A stretch of DNA of 64,000 nt from a virus (Duplodnaviria; Caudoviricetes). Of this stretch, positions 29,158-38,043 are shown piece by piece. The translations under genes and the position numbers were made by a program. Location: positions 5,537 to 69,536 of the IMG/VR virus record IMGVR_UViG_3300033068_000911. One strand, given 5' to 3'. The notes under the pieces were generated by a model that did no database searches, was not told where the DNA came from, and worked only from the letters and a program-made list of their open reading frames with translations. Numbering within the stretch: position 1 is the stretch's first letter; each line of letters starts with the position of its first letter.

Positions 29158-30662
29158 TTATCGAGGCGGTCGCTGCCGAGGCGACGCGCCGGACGGCCCG
29201 CAAGGTCGTGCCGGTCGTCGTCCTCGTCGGTGTCGCAGCGATCGGCACACCCGTCGCGCTCCTCACTGCTGGGCAGGCTCAAGCCGACCTCGCGGCGAAG
29301 GCGGCAGCGGAAGCGGCGGGCACGTGCGTCCAGCAGGTGACCGAGACCCGCGCCCTGGCCCCCATCGCCAGCAAGGGGGCGCTCACACCCGCGCAAATCG
29401 CCCAGGCTGTTGTAAGCGCTGGATTCCCTGCGAACGAGGTCGAGACCGCCGTGGCGGTAGCAATGGCCGAATCCAGTGGTGTTCCGACAGCGACGAATCG
29501 CAACACGAACGGTTCCACTGATTACGGCCTGTTTCAGATCAATTCTATCCATTCTGGGATTCTCGCACGTGGCACTTGGTCATCACCGGTCGATAATGCA
29601 GTGATGGCACTCAAGGTGTGGCGAGACGCAGGCGGATCATGGTCTCCGTGGGTGACATATAAGACCGGGGCGTATCGCAAATACATGGGCACCTCTGTAC
29701 CATCTCAGAATGTCGGTTCTGTTCCGCTGCCTGTCGCCGTAAATTGCGCTGATCCGCAGATTCCGTCGATTACTCAGTGTGGTGGCAATGATTCGCCCGT
29801 ATCTCAACCATCCGTCCGGGGCAAAATTAGGACAGTGAACGAGTCGGGCATGCAGCCGAACGCGCGCGCGCTGGGGGAACTCATCAAGCGTGAATTTCCC
29901 ACGGTTCTCGAAATTGGAGGCTATCGTCCTGGTGATCCGCAAGACCACGGACAAGGGCTCGCTGTTGATGTCATGGTGTCGAGAATCGGAACATATGCCA
30001 AAGGTCAACAGAAGGTGACGGGAGATAAGGTTGCCGCGTGGGCGAAAGCTAACGCCGCGTCTCTCGGCATTACGTATGTGATCTGGGAAAATCGCATATG
30101 GAACATCAAGCGCGATGGTGAGGGTTGGCGCTCTCAGGGAAAATTGGGCGCAACGGATGGTCACTGGGATCACGTACATATCTCCGTCAAGCGAGGCGGG
30201 AGTGTCGCGAACGCACCCCAGATCGTGGCGCACGCCGATGTGACGAAGTTTGCGAATGGCCAGATACCTACGGAGTACCTATGTCCGCTTTCCGTCGATA
30301 AGACGAAGCTCTTGCGCGCGGATGCGGCAGATGCCTTTAATCGACTCTCGAAAGCTTACAAGGGTAAGTTTGGCTCAGATATCTGCGTGACCGACGCTTA
30401 TCGTTCCCTGGCTGAGCAAATCGACGTGAAGCGCCGAAAGCCGAAGTTAGCAGCCGCTCCCGGCACATCGAATCATGGGCTCGGACTCGCTGTCGATCTT
30501 GGCTGTGGCGCACGGACCTTCGGAACGCCTGTTGACCTATGGCTTCGCGCCAATGCTCCGAGCTTCGGATGGGTTCATCCGAAGTGGGCCGATCCGTCAG
30601 GATCGAAACCGGAGCCATGGCATTGGGAATACGCGAGCGGCGTTACCGCCGCTCGGCGTTGA
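29154..30662 (+). CDS. Multi-domain cell-wall hydrolase (lytic transglycosylase + M15-like + VanY-like peptidase), VirB1/CwlT analogue
   Basis: SLT motifs AESSG, DYGLFQIN, GSWSPW; middle GGYR...DHGQGLAVD...HWDHVHIS; C-terminal DAYRS...PGTSNHGLGLAVDL...EPWHWEY; N-terminal membrane anchor. Confidence 0.85.
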   Translation: MIIEAVAAEATRRTARKVVPVVVLVGVAAIGTPVALLTAGQAQADLAAKAAAEAAGTCVQQVTETRALAPIASKGALTPAQIAQAVVSAGFPANEVETAVAVAMAESSGVPTATNRNTNGSTDYGLFQINSIHSGILARGTWSSPVDNAVMALKVWRDAGGSWSPWVTYKTGAYRKYMGTSVPSQNVGSVPLPVAVNCADPQIPSITQCGGNDSPVSQPSVRGKIRTVNESGMQPNARALGELIKREFPTVLEIGGYRPGDPQDHGQGLAVDVMVSRIGTYAKGQQKVTGDKVAAWAKANAASLGITYVIWENRIWNIKRDGEGWRSQGKLGATDGHWDHVHISVKRGGSVANAPQIVAHADVTKFANGQIPTEYLCPLSVDKTKLLRADAADAFNRLSKAYKGKFGSDICVTDAYRSLAEQIDVKRRKPKLAAAPGTSNHGLGLAVDLGCGARTFGTPVDLWLRANAPSFGWVHPKWADPSGSKPEPWHWEYASGVTAARR

Positions 30663-31110
30663 CGGTCAGGTAATCAGGTCGGTGATGATGCTTCAGAAAC
30701 CCCTCGCCCTTGTTGTCGTGCGACGCCTTGTGTAGTGCTGCAAGATCGGTGAGTGTGGCATCTTCGCTGACATCTCTTACGCGGATTCCGTGGAAAATGT
30801 AGAGGTGCGCGAGCAGCGCTCCCGGCTGGCCGTAATCGACAGGACACGCGGGGGCTTCATCGTCTTCCTGGACATGAAGAACTTCGCCACCGAGGACATC
30901 CGCGAATGTGTCAATTGCGGACGCTACCTCATCGTCGGAACTAGACACGCGCGCGACGCTTCCGGTCATTTCCTTACTGAATGGGCGTCGGCCCGAGCGT
31001 TCGAGCACGAAGCGCAATCCGCTCCGCGCCGCGACTTCCCAATCTTTTCCGTCGCCACCGCGCACAACATCGCCCACGCGGATATCGTTCCAGTCCACTA
31101 TCACTGTCAT
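30643..31110 (-). CDS. Hypothetical protein (SH3-like N-terminus), probably leaderless
   Basis: WNDIRVGDVVRGGDG motif; ATG lies 7 nt after a TAGGCT -10. Confidence 0.55.
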   Translation of the reverse strand: MTVIVDWNDIRVGDVVRGGDGKDWEVAARSGLRFVLERSGRRPFSKEMTGSVARVSSSDDEVASAIDTFADVLGGEVLHVQEDDEAPACPVDYGQPGALLAHLYIFHGIRVRDVSEDATLTDLAALHKASHDNKGEGFLKHHHRPDYLTVNAERR

Positions 31111-31117
31111 GGTGACG

Positions 31118-31154
31118 AGCCTAGTTGACTAGTAGTAGTGGAGTCAACTAGACT
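31118..31154. promoter_or_regulatory. Overlapping divergent sigma70-type promoters on a palindrome
   Basis: Rightward TTGACT(31125-30)-N18-TAGACT(31149-54); leftward TTGACT(31147-42)-N18-TAGGCT(31123-18); inverted repeat ctagttgact/agtcaactag. Confidence 0.7.
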
Positions 31155-31197
31155 AGTGGAGTCTCACCGAGTACATCTACCGAGGAGTAATCCAAAT

Positions 31198-31410
31198 ATG
31201 GGAATACCTGTCCGCTATACCGAGCAGATGTCCATTGTCGGAACGATCGAGCAAAAGGAAGCCATCGAGGATTTTGCGCACAAGCACGAGATTTCCCAGG
31301 CAGCGGCAGTCCGCCAAGCTCTCGATGCATTCTTCGGACTCGTGGACGGCGAGCATCCGCCAACTGAATTCGGCACGCTGACACCAGCATTCAAGTCGCC
31401 GCGCCAGTAG
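31198..31410 (+). CDS. Ribbon-helix-helix (CopG-like) regulator
   Basis: QMSIVGTIEQKEAIEDFAHKHEISQAAAVRQALDAF gives a beta-helix-helix pattern; GAGGAG SD. Confidence 0.7.
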   Translation: MGIPVRYTEQMSIVGTIEQKEAIEDFAHKHEISQAAAVRQALDAFFGLVDGEHPPTEFGTLTPAFKSPRQ

Positions 31411-31431
31411 CTATCCTCTAGTCATCGGGGG

Positions 31432-33855
31432 GTGCGACGATACCCAACGCTTCCGTTGGGTGGATCGGAGATTATTGCTGTGTCAAATAGTACAGGATTG
31501 CTCTCAATCCCGGAGATTGATCCTGAGCAAGGATTGATTCACGCAGCGCTTAAATATGCGAGCGCCGGATGGTACGTGATTCCCGTTGAGCCTGAATCCA
31601 AGATGCCATCCAAGAGATTCAGGCATTGGGCCGAGGCGTCGAGTCGCGATCCTGAAGAGATTGTCGGATGGTTCACGGGAACGAGCGACCTCCTCGCTAT
31701 CCATGCTGGCCGATCAGGTGCGGTTATCTTCGATGTCGACGATCCGGATATCGTTCCCGAACGGCTTAGCGCCCACTTCACAAAGAACGTTCCGTTTCAA
31801 TCGACGCGTGTTGATAGGCCAGGGCGGGGGCACTACGTCTTCGCCCAGCCGGAAGGTCGAATGCTCGGCAATTCGCGCGGAGAACTGGGCACCTCAAAGT
31901 GGGGTGAAATTCGCGGCACGAATGCGATCATCGTCGTTTCGCCATCTACCCATACGAAAAAGGGTGGTCGGTACCAATGGATGCAGCACGGTCCCGTTCC
32001 TGTTCTGCCCGCCGATCTTGCGAACGCGCTTCCGGACTACACGGGCAAGATCGGCTCAGCGAGCAACAAGGCCGTTCAGGCGTTCCTCGCGGCACACATC
32101 AGCCAATCGGACAAGCTCCTATTGCGAGCCGTCATCGACAAGTTCCGCCTAGAAGCGAAGAATGGGCGTCATGAGGCACTTGTTGCTCACCTAGCGCAAG
32201 CCATGCGCGAGGCGGCGATGGGTTTCTACTCGGCACAGAATGCAGTCGATGAACTGCGCATCGAGTGGAATCGCGTCATGGTTGGTGAGGCCAACTTTCG
32301 AAAGGTGTCCGAGTTTGAATCTGTGCTTTCTTGGGCAGTCGGTGCCGCGCTTGATCTACTGGGCGATCCCGACAAGTTGGCGTCACGGAAGTTAGATATC
32401 GAGAAGCGCATCGCTGACACGAAGATCATGCCGGAACTCGATGCACCCAAGGCGACCGCTTATCAGCCGGAACTTGCATTCGCTCGACCCGAACGGCCCT
32501 CTCGCCCGCCGACGCGTGATGTTGAAGACTATTTCGACAAGGCTGGCCCAAAGGTTGCGCTTATCGCAGAAGATGTGCAGGGGCTCAGCCTTATTCGCGT
32601 AGGCGAGGACAATACGTTTTGGAAGTATCTGGATGGTGGCGTATGGGTGCGAGACAAAGGGATCGTCACATCGCGGTGCGTCACTCTCCTGGCCAACAGG
32701 TTTCGCAATGGCCATGCAGCAGCCGTCAACACGGTGGTGCAGTACAGCGTGCCGCGCTTGAAAGCCGATCCGACCGAAGAGCACATGAATTTTCTTAACG
32801 GGATGCTTGAGTGGCGAACCGGAAAGATGGTGCCACACTCGCCGGACTTTTGCTCAACCGTGCAGTTTCCGCACGAGTGGCAGCCGGACGAGACAGAATG
32901 CCCGATGTTCGATAAGTTTCTAGAATCCGTTCTTGAGCCCGACTACGTGCAGATCGCCTGGGAGATGATCGGGTATCTCATGATGTCAGGGAATCCGCTT
33001 CAGAAGGCATTTATGCTTGTGGGCACTGGGGGGAACGGCAAGGGAACGCTTATCCGCGTAATTGAGGATATTCTGGGCAGGCACAACTGCGCTTCACAAT
33101 CACTCGACGCACTGAAGAATCGGTTTGCACCTGCAACGCTGCACGGGAAGATAGCCAATATCGCCGGAGACATCGACAAGACTTATCAGGAATCGACGGC
33201 ACAGTTCAAGGGCCTCACTGGCGAAGATACTCTATCGGCTGAGTATAAATACGGAGATTCGTTCATGTTCCGTAACTGGGCGGTGCCGGTCTTCTCAGCC
33301 AACGCAATCCCCGGATCGGCTGACACGAGCAAGGGATACTTGCGACGTTGGGTGCCGATCATGTTCAATCGCACGATCAGCGACGATAAGGCGAAACCTG
33401 GCCTCTCGCTCGAACTGAGCCAAGAGGCCCCTGCGATCATGACCAAGGCTGTCGCCGCATTGCGCGTGATGATGGAGCGCAACCACGGGAAAGGTGCGTT
33501 TCACACGTCACAGGAAATTCAGGAAGGCCTGGAGGACTTTGCGAAGAACATTGACCAGATCAGAATGTGGCTGGACTCAGAGAAGGTCGTCGTTCGCGAG
33601 GAAGTCCATCAGTCGCGCACCGATTTGTTTGCTGCCTATAAGGCATGGGCACAAGAGAATCACTACGGAATGCTGAGTTCCGGGGAGTTCTATCGGCGAC
33701 TTTCGGGCATCAACGGTATCCGTGAGGTCAAGATTCGCGGAAACCGGCATTTCAGAGGCGTGGCGATCGTGGAAACGACATTGATCGAACGAGGCAGAAC
33801 GGTGCGCCAGCAAGGCCACCTACACGCAGTAAACGACGATGAAGGTGACATATGA
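31432..33855 (+). CDS. Bifunctional primase-polymerase fused to D5/P4-type SF3 helicase
   Basis: Prim-Pol motifs GWYVIPV, FDVDD, GRGHYVF, EIRG...SPSTH; helicase GTGGNGKGT, AEYKYG, NAIPG, RRWVPIMF. Confidence 0.9.
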   Translation: MRRYPTLPLGGSEIIAVSNSTGLLSIPEIDPEQGLIHAALKYASAGWYVIPVEPESKMPSKRFRHWAEASSRDPEEIVGWFTGTSDLLAIHAGRSGAVIFDVDDPDIVPERLSAHFTKNVPFQSTRVDRPGRGHYVFAQPEGRMLGNSRGELGTSKWGEIRGTNAIIVVSPSTHTKKGGRYQWMQHGPVPVLPADLANALPDYTGKIGSASNKAVQAFLAAHISQSDKLLLRAVIDKFRLEAKNGRHEALVAHLAQAMREAAMGFYSAQNAVDELRIEWNRVMVGEANFRKVSEFESVLSWAVGAALDLLGDPDKLASRKLDIEKRIADTKIMPELDAPKATAYQPELAFARPERPSRPPTRDVEDYFDKAGPKVALIAEDVQGLSLIRVGEDNTFWKYLDGGVWVRDKGIVTSRCVTLLANRFRNGHAAAVNTVVQYSVPRLKADPTEEHMNFLNGMLEWRTGKMVPHSPDFCSTVQFPHEWQPDETECPMFDKFLESVLEPDYVQIAWEMIGYLMMSGNPLQKAFMLVGTGGNGKGTLIRVIEDILGRHNCASQSLDALKNRFAPATLHGKIANIAGDIDKTYQESTAQFKGLTGEDTLSAEYKYGDSFMFRNWAVPVFSANAIPGSADTSKGYLRRWVPIMFNRTISDDKAKPGLSLELSQEAPAIMTKAVAALRVMMERNHGKGAFHTSQEIQEGLEDFAKNIDQIRMWLDSEKVVVREEVHQSRTDLFAAYKAWAQENHYGMLSSGEFYRRLSGINGIREVKIRGNRHFRGVAIVETTLIERGRTVRQQGHLHAVNDDEGDI

Positions 33856-34067
33856 AAAAGCTATGGCGGCGCATCTTCCCGCGCCGATCCTGGTACGTCC
33901 TGGCGCTTGAAGAGGGTGGCTGGACGGTGCTCTCGGTGCATCGGACGCGCCTGGATGCATACTTAGCGCTCCCGGTGGGATCGGGTGCTGAGTACTGGGT
34001 CGCACGCTCTCGCGAGACCGACCTTGTCGGTGCCTACTGGCAGGGTGTGACCCATGACGACAACTGA
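33852..34067 (+). CDS. Hypothetical protein
   Basis: ATGA coupling to the primase gene. Confidence 0.5.
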   Translation: MKKLWRRIFPRRSWYVLALEEGGWTVLSVHRTRLDAYLALPVGSGAEYWVARSRETDLVGAYWQGVTHDDN

Positions 34068-35139
34068 CGCATCCTTCGATTCGCCCGCCCTGGACCACTT
34101 TGCTGACGATGCAGGCATGGAGCGCCCAGAGCGCACCGAGGACCGAGTGGACCGTGATCGCTGGGGCAAGCCGCGCATCCTGCCGCTCGGAGAGTCCATG
34201 CCAGGCACCGAGGCTGCACGCAAGCGAGCGCTCCGCTCCTACTACCGTCCATCTTCATTTGCCGAGGTCTTGGAAAATCACTGGAATTTAGAGCGGTGGA
34301 GCGAGCGGATGATGGCGAACGGACTCATGGCTGAGCGACGCCTCCGTGCGGCCTATGCGGCCATCGGGCCGACTGAGGAGAGCTCCGAGACCAAAGAGGC
34401 GGCGAACAACGTCCTGGCCGAGGCGAAGAAAGCGGCCAGGGCGCTGGACAAGGCCGACGAGGGTACGGCGGTCCATGCGCTCACCGAGCGCCATGATCTT
34501 GGGCTACCGATCAGCTTCGTGCCCGACGAGTTCGCCGGGAATCTCGATGATTGGAAGCGACTCACTGCATGCTTCGAGATTGTCGATGTCGAGTGCTTCG
34601 TCGTTGAGGATCAGTATCGCCTTGCCGGAACGTTCGATCGGCTCGTGAAGTATTACGAGCCGTGCCCGAATTGCGGAGCCGTCTATTATATCGCCGACTT
34701 GAAGACGGGCACGATCCAGTGGGGCGGCATGAAGATGGGCGCACAACTCGGAATCTACGCACACGGGGCTTATTACGATCCGACGACTGGCCTACGTACC
34801 CCGCTACCGCAGGTCTGCCAGTGCCGAGGCATCATCTTCCATATCCCATCCGGCCAGCCGTACGGCTCTGGTGAGCGCAAGTGGCTGAACATTGGGCAGG
34901 GCTGGAATCTCGCCGTTCGCTTGGCTCACGAAGTGCGTGAGGCGCGCAAAAAGTCGAATTGGTGGCTAGACTTCACCGAGGGGCCAAACCTCCCTGCGAT
35001 GGTCTCGGATGCGACTACACGCGAGGAACTGGTGGCGCTCTATCGGCTCTACAAGAGTCACTGGCGCGAAGAGCACACGACGCTGGTCAACGTGAGGCTG
35101 ACCGAGATTGCGAGTAGTAATGGATGCGAAGAGGGCTGA
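34054..35139 (+). CDS. PD-(D/E)XK exonuclease (RecB/Cas4-like)
   Basis: GTAVHALTE, LAGTFDRL, IADLKTG and AQLGIYA motifs. Confidence 0.85.
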   Translation: MTTTDASFDSPALDHFADDAGMERPERTEDRVDRDRWGKPRILPLGESMPGTEAARKRALRSYYRPSSFAEVLENHWNLERWSERMMANGLMAERRLRAAYAAIGPTEESSETKEAANNVLAEAKKAARALDKADEGTAVHALTERHDLGLPISFVPDEFAGNLDDWKRLTACFEIVDVECFVVEDQYRLAGTFDRLVKYYEPCPNCGAVYYIADLKTGTIQWGGMKMGAQLGIYAHGAYYDPTTGLRTPLPQVCQCRGIIFHIPSGQPYGSGERKWLNIGQGWNLAVRLAHEVREARKKSNWWLDFTEGPNLPAMVSDATTREELVALYRLYKSHWREEHTTLVNVRLTEIASSNGCEEG

Positions 35140-35347
35140 CAAGCCCCGTCCGGTTCCCGTGGACGGCGAGGCGGTCGTGCGCCGCCTCGCCCGCGCCCTG
35201 GCCGATAATTACGTCTCGGGTGAGCGTGCTGCCGAGATTGTTGCAGAGATCATCGACGTACTTGGGGTCACCGATGTGTCGGTGGCTGATGGCGACCCTT
35301 GGATCGAGCACGCCTTCAGGATCGCCGCAGCAAGGATGGACCGATGA
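35120..35347 (+). CDS. Hypothetical protein
   Basis: Tightly packed in the operon. Confidence 0.5.
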   Translation: MDAKRADKPRPVPVDGEAVVRRLARALADNYVSGERAAEIVAEIIDVLGVTDVSVADGDPWIEHAFRIAAARMDR

Positions 35348-35634
35348 ATAGCTTCACTTCCGGCCTCATGCTGGACGAACCGCGAGGCATGCCCCGGATG
35401 GTCATCGTTGGACCGCGAGCCGGTGAAGTTTACTCAAGCCCGCACTATGAAATCCGGCCCGCGGCCAGCGATGTGGTTCTCCTACCTGGCGTCGTGTTTC
35501 TCGGCCTGACGAAGCGGTCTTATCGAGTCTGGACTAACTCACGAAGCCCTGAGCGTAACGCCGAGTCTTTGACGCTAGCGCTGATTCGGAGCGATCCCGA
35601 AACTCATTCGTCCGTCGAGTTGCCAATCGACTAA
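35344..35634 (+). CDS. Hypothetical protein
   Basis: ATGA overlap with the previous gene. Confidence 0.5.
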   Translation: MNSFTSGLMLDEPRGMPRMVIVGPRAGEVYSSPHYEIRPAASDVVLLPGVVFLGLTKRSYRVWTNSRSPERNAESLTLALIRSDPETHSSVELPID

Positions 35635-35701
35635 AAGCTGTTGTAGACTGAGCGAGTCAGGCAGTAACGACGATCACCCACTATCACCCACTAGGACCAA
35701 C

Positions 35702-36340
35702 ATGACCCAAGAGCTTGACGATTTCTTCGAGACAGGTAGCGGCGGCGCACCAGGCATGACCTGGGATGGCATCAAGGCTCCGGCAGTGTTCCGGGGTGTC
35801 ATCGTTCCTCGCGATGCGGAGAACTTGGACGCCGCCTACGAAACGGTTCAGATGACCGACATCAAGACGGGAGCGCTGCTCTTCTGGAAGCAGAAGGGCG
35901 ACCCCGGCTCGTGGTTCATCACTGAATCCAAGAGCAACGGCATCGAGAACCGCGCAGCCACTCAGGCTGTCTTCACTGTGCAGTTGCAGGAGTTCACTCC
36001 GATGCAGTGGATGACCGATAAGGCTATCGAGCGAGCCCAGCAGGATGAAGAGTTTCAGGACGTTGGTCTTCGTCGCTTCTTCCTCCGAGGATCGACGGCC
36101 AGCAAGAGCTTCCGCGAGTCGCTGAAGAAGGCAGGACTTCGTAAGCCTGAAATCGGCGGCATTCTTGAGGTGGAGCTCCTCAAGCGCGAAGCGAACGATC
36201 ATGGGGGAAAGACGAACATTGTCGATGCCCGCTATATCAAGCCGACTGCTGCATCGCTCGCCGTTGCGGCGAAGCGCGCAACCGAGTTGCGGGATTCGGC
36301 ACCAACCGACGAGGGCGACTACCAGGAGCCGCCCTTCTAA
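35702..36340 (+). CDS. Single-stranded DNA-binding-like protein
   Basis: Follows the exonuclease; OB-like beta pattern; acidic tail ending DYQEPPF. Confidence 0.65.
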   Translation: MTQELDDFFETGSGGAPGMTWDGIKAPAVFRGVIVPRDAENLDAAYETVQMTDIKTGALLFWKQKGDPGSWFITESKSNGIENRAATQAVFTVQLQEFTPMQWMTDKAIERAQQDEEFQDVGLRRFFLRGSTASKSFRESLKKAGLRKPEIGGILEVELLKREANDHGGKTNIVDARYIKPTAASLAVAAKRATELRDSAPTDEGDYQEPPF

Positions 36341-36364
36341 ATCCGAAAGAGAGTGTGAGTCGAA

Positions 36365-36820
36365 ATGGCGACTGAGCAGGAACGCCTGATCGAGAAGTAC
36401 CAGAAGGCCGTTGAGCGCGCCGAGAAGCGCGTTGAGCGACTTGGCGCGAAGGTCGAGAAGGCCAATGCTCGCCGCCAGCGCAGTGCGGACGAGATCGCCA
36501 AGGCGAAGGATGCCAAGGTGCGCGCCGAGGAGCGCATCGAGCGCGCCGAGCAGAAGGCGCAGCGCGCCGAGGAGTCCATTCAGCGCAGCCTTGAGCCCGT
36601 TCGTCGGGCCGAGGGTGTTCTCAACGAGGCGAAGTCTCGCCTTGAGTGGTCCAAGGCGATGCCGTCTGGTGGCGTCGTCGAGGTCGTGGAGGATGCGGAC
36701 TTCGACTCCGGTGTCGATGACGACGACTTCGAGGAAGAGGACTTCGACTCCGACGAAGACGAAGACCTTGAGGATGACGAAGAGGTCGAGGCTGAGCAGG
36801 AAGAGGCTCTAGTTTTCTGA
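36365..36820 (+). CDS. Coiled-coil protein with very acidic C-terminus
   Basis: Heptad-rich K/E/A/R N-terminal region, then a D/E tract. Confidence 0.65.
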   Translation: MATEQERLIEKYQKAVERAEKRVERLGAKVEKANARRQRSADEIAKAKDAKVRAEERIERAEQKAQRAEESIQRSLEPVRRAEGVLNEAKSRLEWSKAMPSGGVVEVVEDADFDSGVDDDDFEEEDFDSDEDEDLEDDEEVEAEQEEALVF

Positions 36821-36825
36821 GTCCT

Positions 36826-36869
36826 GCGAAAAGGGCGGTGTTCCGGTAACGGGATTCCGCCCTTTTCGC
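36826..36869 (+). terminator. Intrinsic terminator
   Basis: gcgaaaagggcgg / ccgcccttttcgc inverted repeat. Confidence 0.65.
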
Positions 36870-36887
36870 ATATCTGAAAGGATATCG

Positions 36888-37445
36888 ATGGCAAAAAAGC
36901 CATGCGCGTGCGGGCAAGATAAGGCGAAGCGCCGCACACGTTGCATCGAGTGCTGGCTACGCGCTCAACCGATGCAGTATCGTGCCGAAGTTGCGAAGCG
37001 TCGAATCTCGATGATCCCCGAAGAGTTTCGACTCAAGCGCGTACCGAAAGACGATTGGCCACCAGGGCGGCGTTGGTGTGCAGGATGTCAGTCGTTCGTC
37101 TTACTGAAGGATGCGTCAGCATCTCGATGCAAGGCGTGCCTCTCGATCGGCGCGCACGCGTCAGCAGTACAGCGGACGTACGGCATCAGCGCCGATGAGT
37201 ACAACGCGATCCTCGCGGCACAGGGCGGTCGCTGCTATATCTGCCAGCGACAGACACGCACCAGGCGGCTCGCTGTCGATCACGACCATGCAACCGGCGA
37301 AGTGCGCGGCCTCCTCTGCGCCGACTCAGAGCGCGGCTGCAACCACGCGATCCTGGGAAACATTCGCGATGTCGAGATGGCTCGCAGGATCGTCGCCTAC
37401 CTGGAGAGCCCGCCCGCGCGGCGAGTGTTAGGAGCGTCACAGTGA
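36888..37445 (+). CDS. Recombination endonuclease VII-like protein
   Basis: YGISADEYNAILAAQGGRCYIC...LAVDHDHATGEVRGLLC...CNHAILG. Confidence 0.9.
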   Translation: MAKKPCACGQDKAKRRTRCIECWLRAQPMQYRAEVAKRRISMIPEEFRLKRVPKDDWPPGRRWCAGCQSFVLLKDASASRCKACLSIGAHASAVQRTYGISADEYNAILAAQGGRCYICQRQTRTRRLAVDHDHATGEVRGLLCADSERGCNHAILGNIRDVEMARRIVAYLESPPARRVLGASQ

Positions 37446-37675
37446 CCCTGTTTACCAATCCGTACGAAGACCTGTTCTCGGGGGCCGCAACGACGCTCCG
37501 CGAAGACGAGACGATCTGGGCGTCACCGCAGGTCATTGAGGCGGCGGCAGCGCTCATGGATGCGTTTTCGCGACACTATGCGGTCATGGATGCCGTCAGG
37601 GTCGCGAAGAAGCCAGGGAAGGCCGAGGCCGCAGCCCTCGCCCTGGCCACCGAGATTCGCCGTCAGCAGGCTTGA
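37442..37675 (+). CDS. Hypothetical protein
   Basis: GTGA-type coupling, GGAG SD. Confidence 0.5.
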   Translation: MTLFTNPYEDLFSGAATTLREDETIWASPQVIEAAAALMDAFSRHYAVMDAVRVAKKPGKAEAAALALATEIRRQQA

Positions 37676-37721
37676 CAACCAGTTAACTACTGTGCGAAAG
37701 TGGGGTTATGGCGAAAGCCAG

Positions 37722-37766
37722 ATCATCCTCTCTCCCGAATGGCGACGGGTCGGGAGAGAGGATGAT
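37722..37766 (+). other. Perfect 17-bp hairpin in the leader of the tmRNA-like RNA
   Basis: atcatcctctctcccga / tcgggagagaggatgat. Confidence 0.85.
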
Positions 37767-37772
37767 TCCAAA

Positions 37773-37853
37773 GGGGCCGGAATCGGTTTCGACGGTGATC
37801 TAAAACCTCCTGTAGGAAGTCACCGGACCTGGGTTCGATTCCCAGCGGCTCCA
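37773..37853 (+). ncRNA. ssrA: Mini-tmRNA: tRNA-like domain only
   Basis: Acceptor GGGGCCG/CGGCTCC with G3:U70 and discriminator A; stemless D-loop ...GGTTTCGAC; P2 GGTGA/TCACC; GAC then T-arm CTGGG-TTCGATT-CCCAG; only 21 nt where the mRNA-like domain should be. Confidence 0.85.
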
Positions 37854-37854
37854 C

Positions 37855-38043
37855 ATGGCAATCATTATCCACGAATTGCAGGGATTAAGCGACAATCCCG
37901 ATGAGATGTGGTGGCACTGCCGCTGTGGGCAGTATGAGACATATTCGAGAGTTCCGGAAAACCTCGGTGACCTCGCGCCGTGGAAGTTCCTCATCACTCA
38001 GTTCGAGGGACATGTCATCATATCGGAGGAGTCGGGGCGATGA
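37855..38043 (+). CDS. Small CxC-containing protein
   Basis: WWHCRCG; ATG starts 2 nt after the mini-tmRNA discriminator. Confidence 0.45.
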   Translation: MAIIIHELQGLSDNPDEMWWHCRCGQYETYSRVPENLGDLAPWKFLITQFEGHVIISEESGR

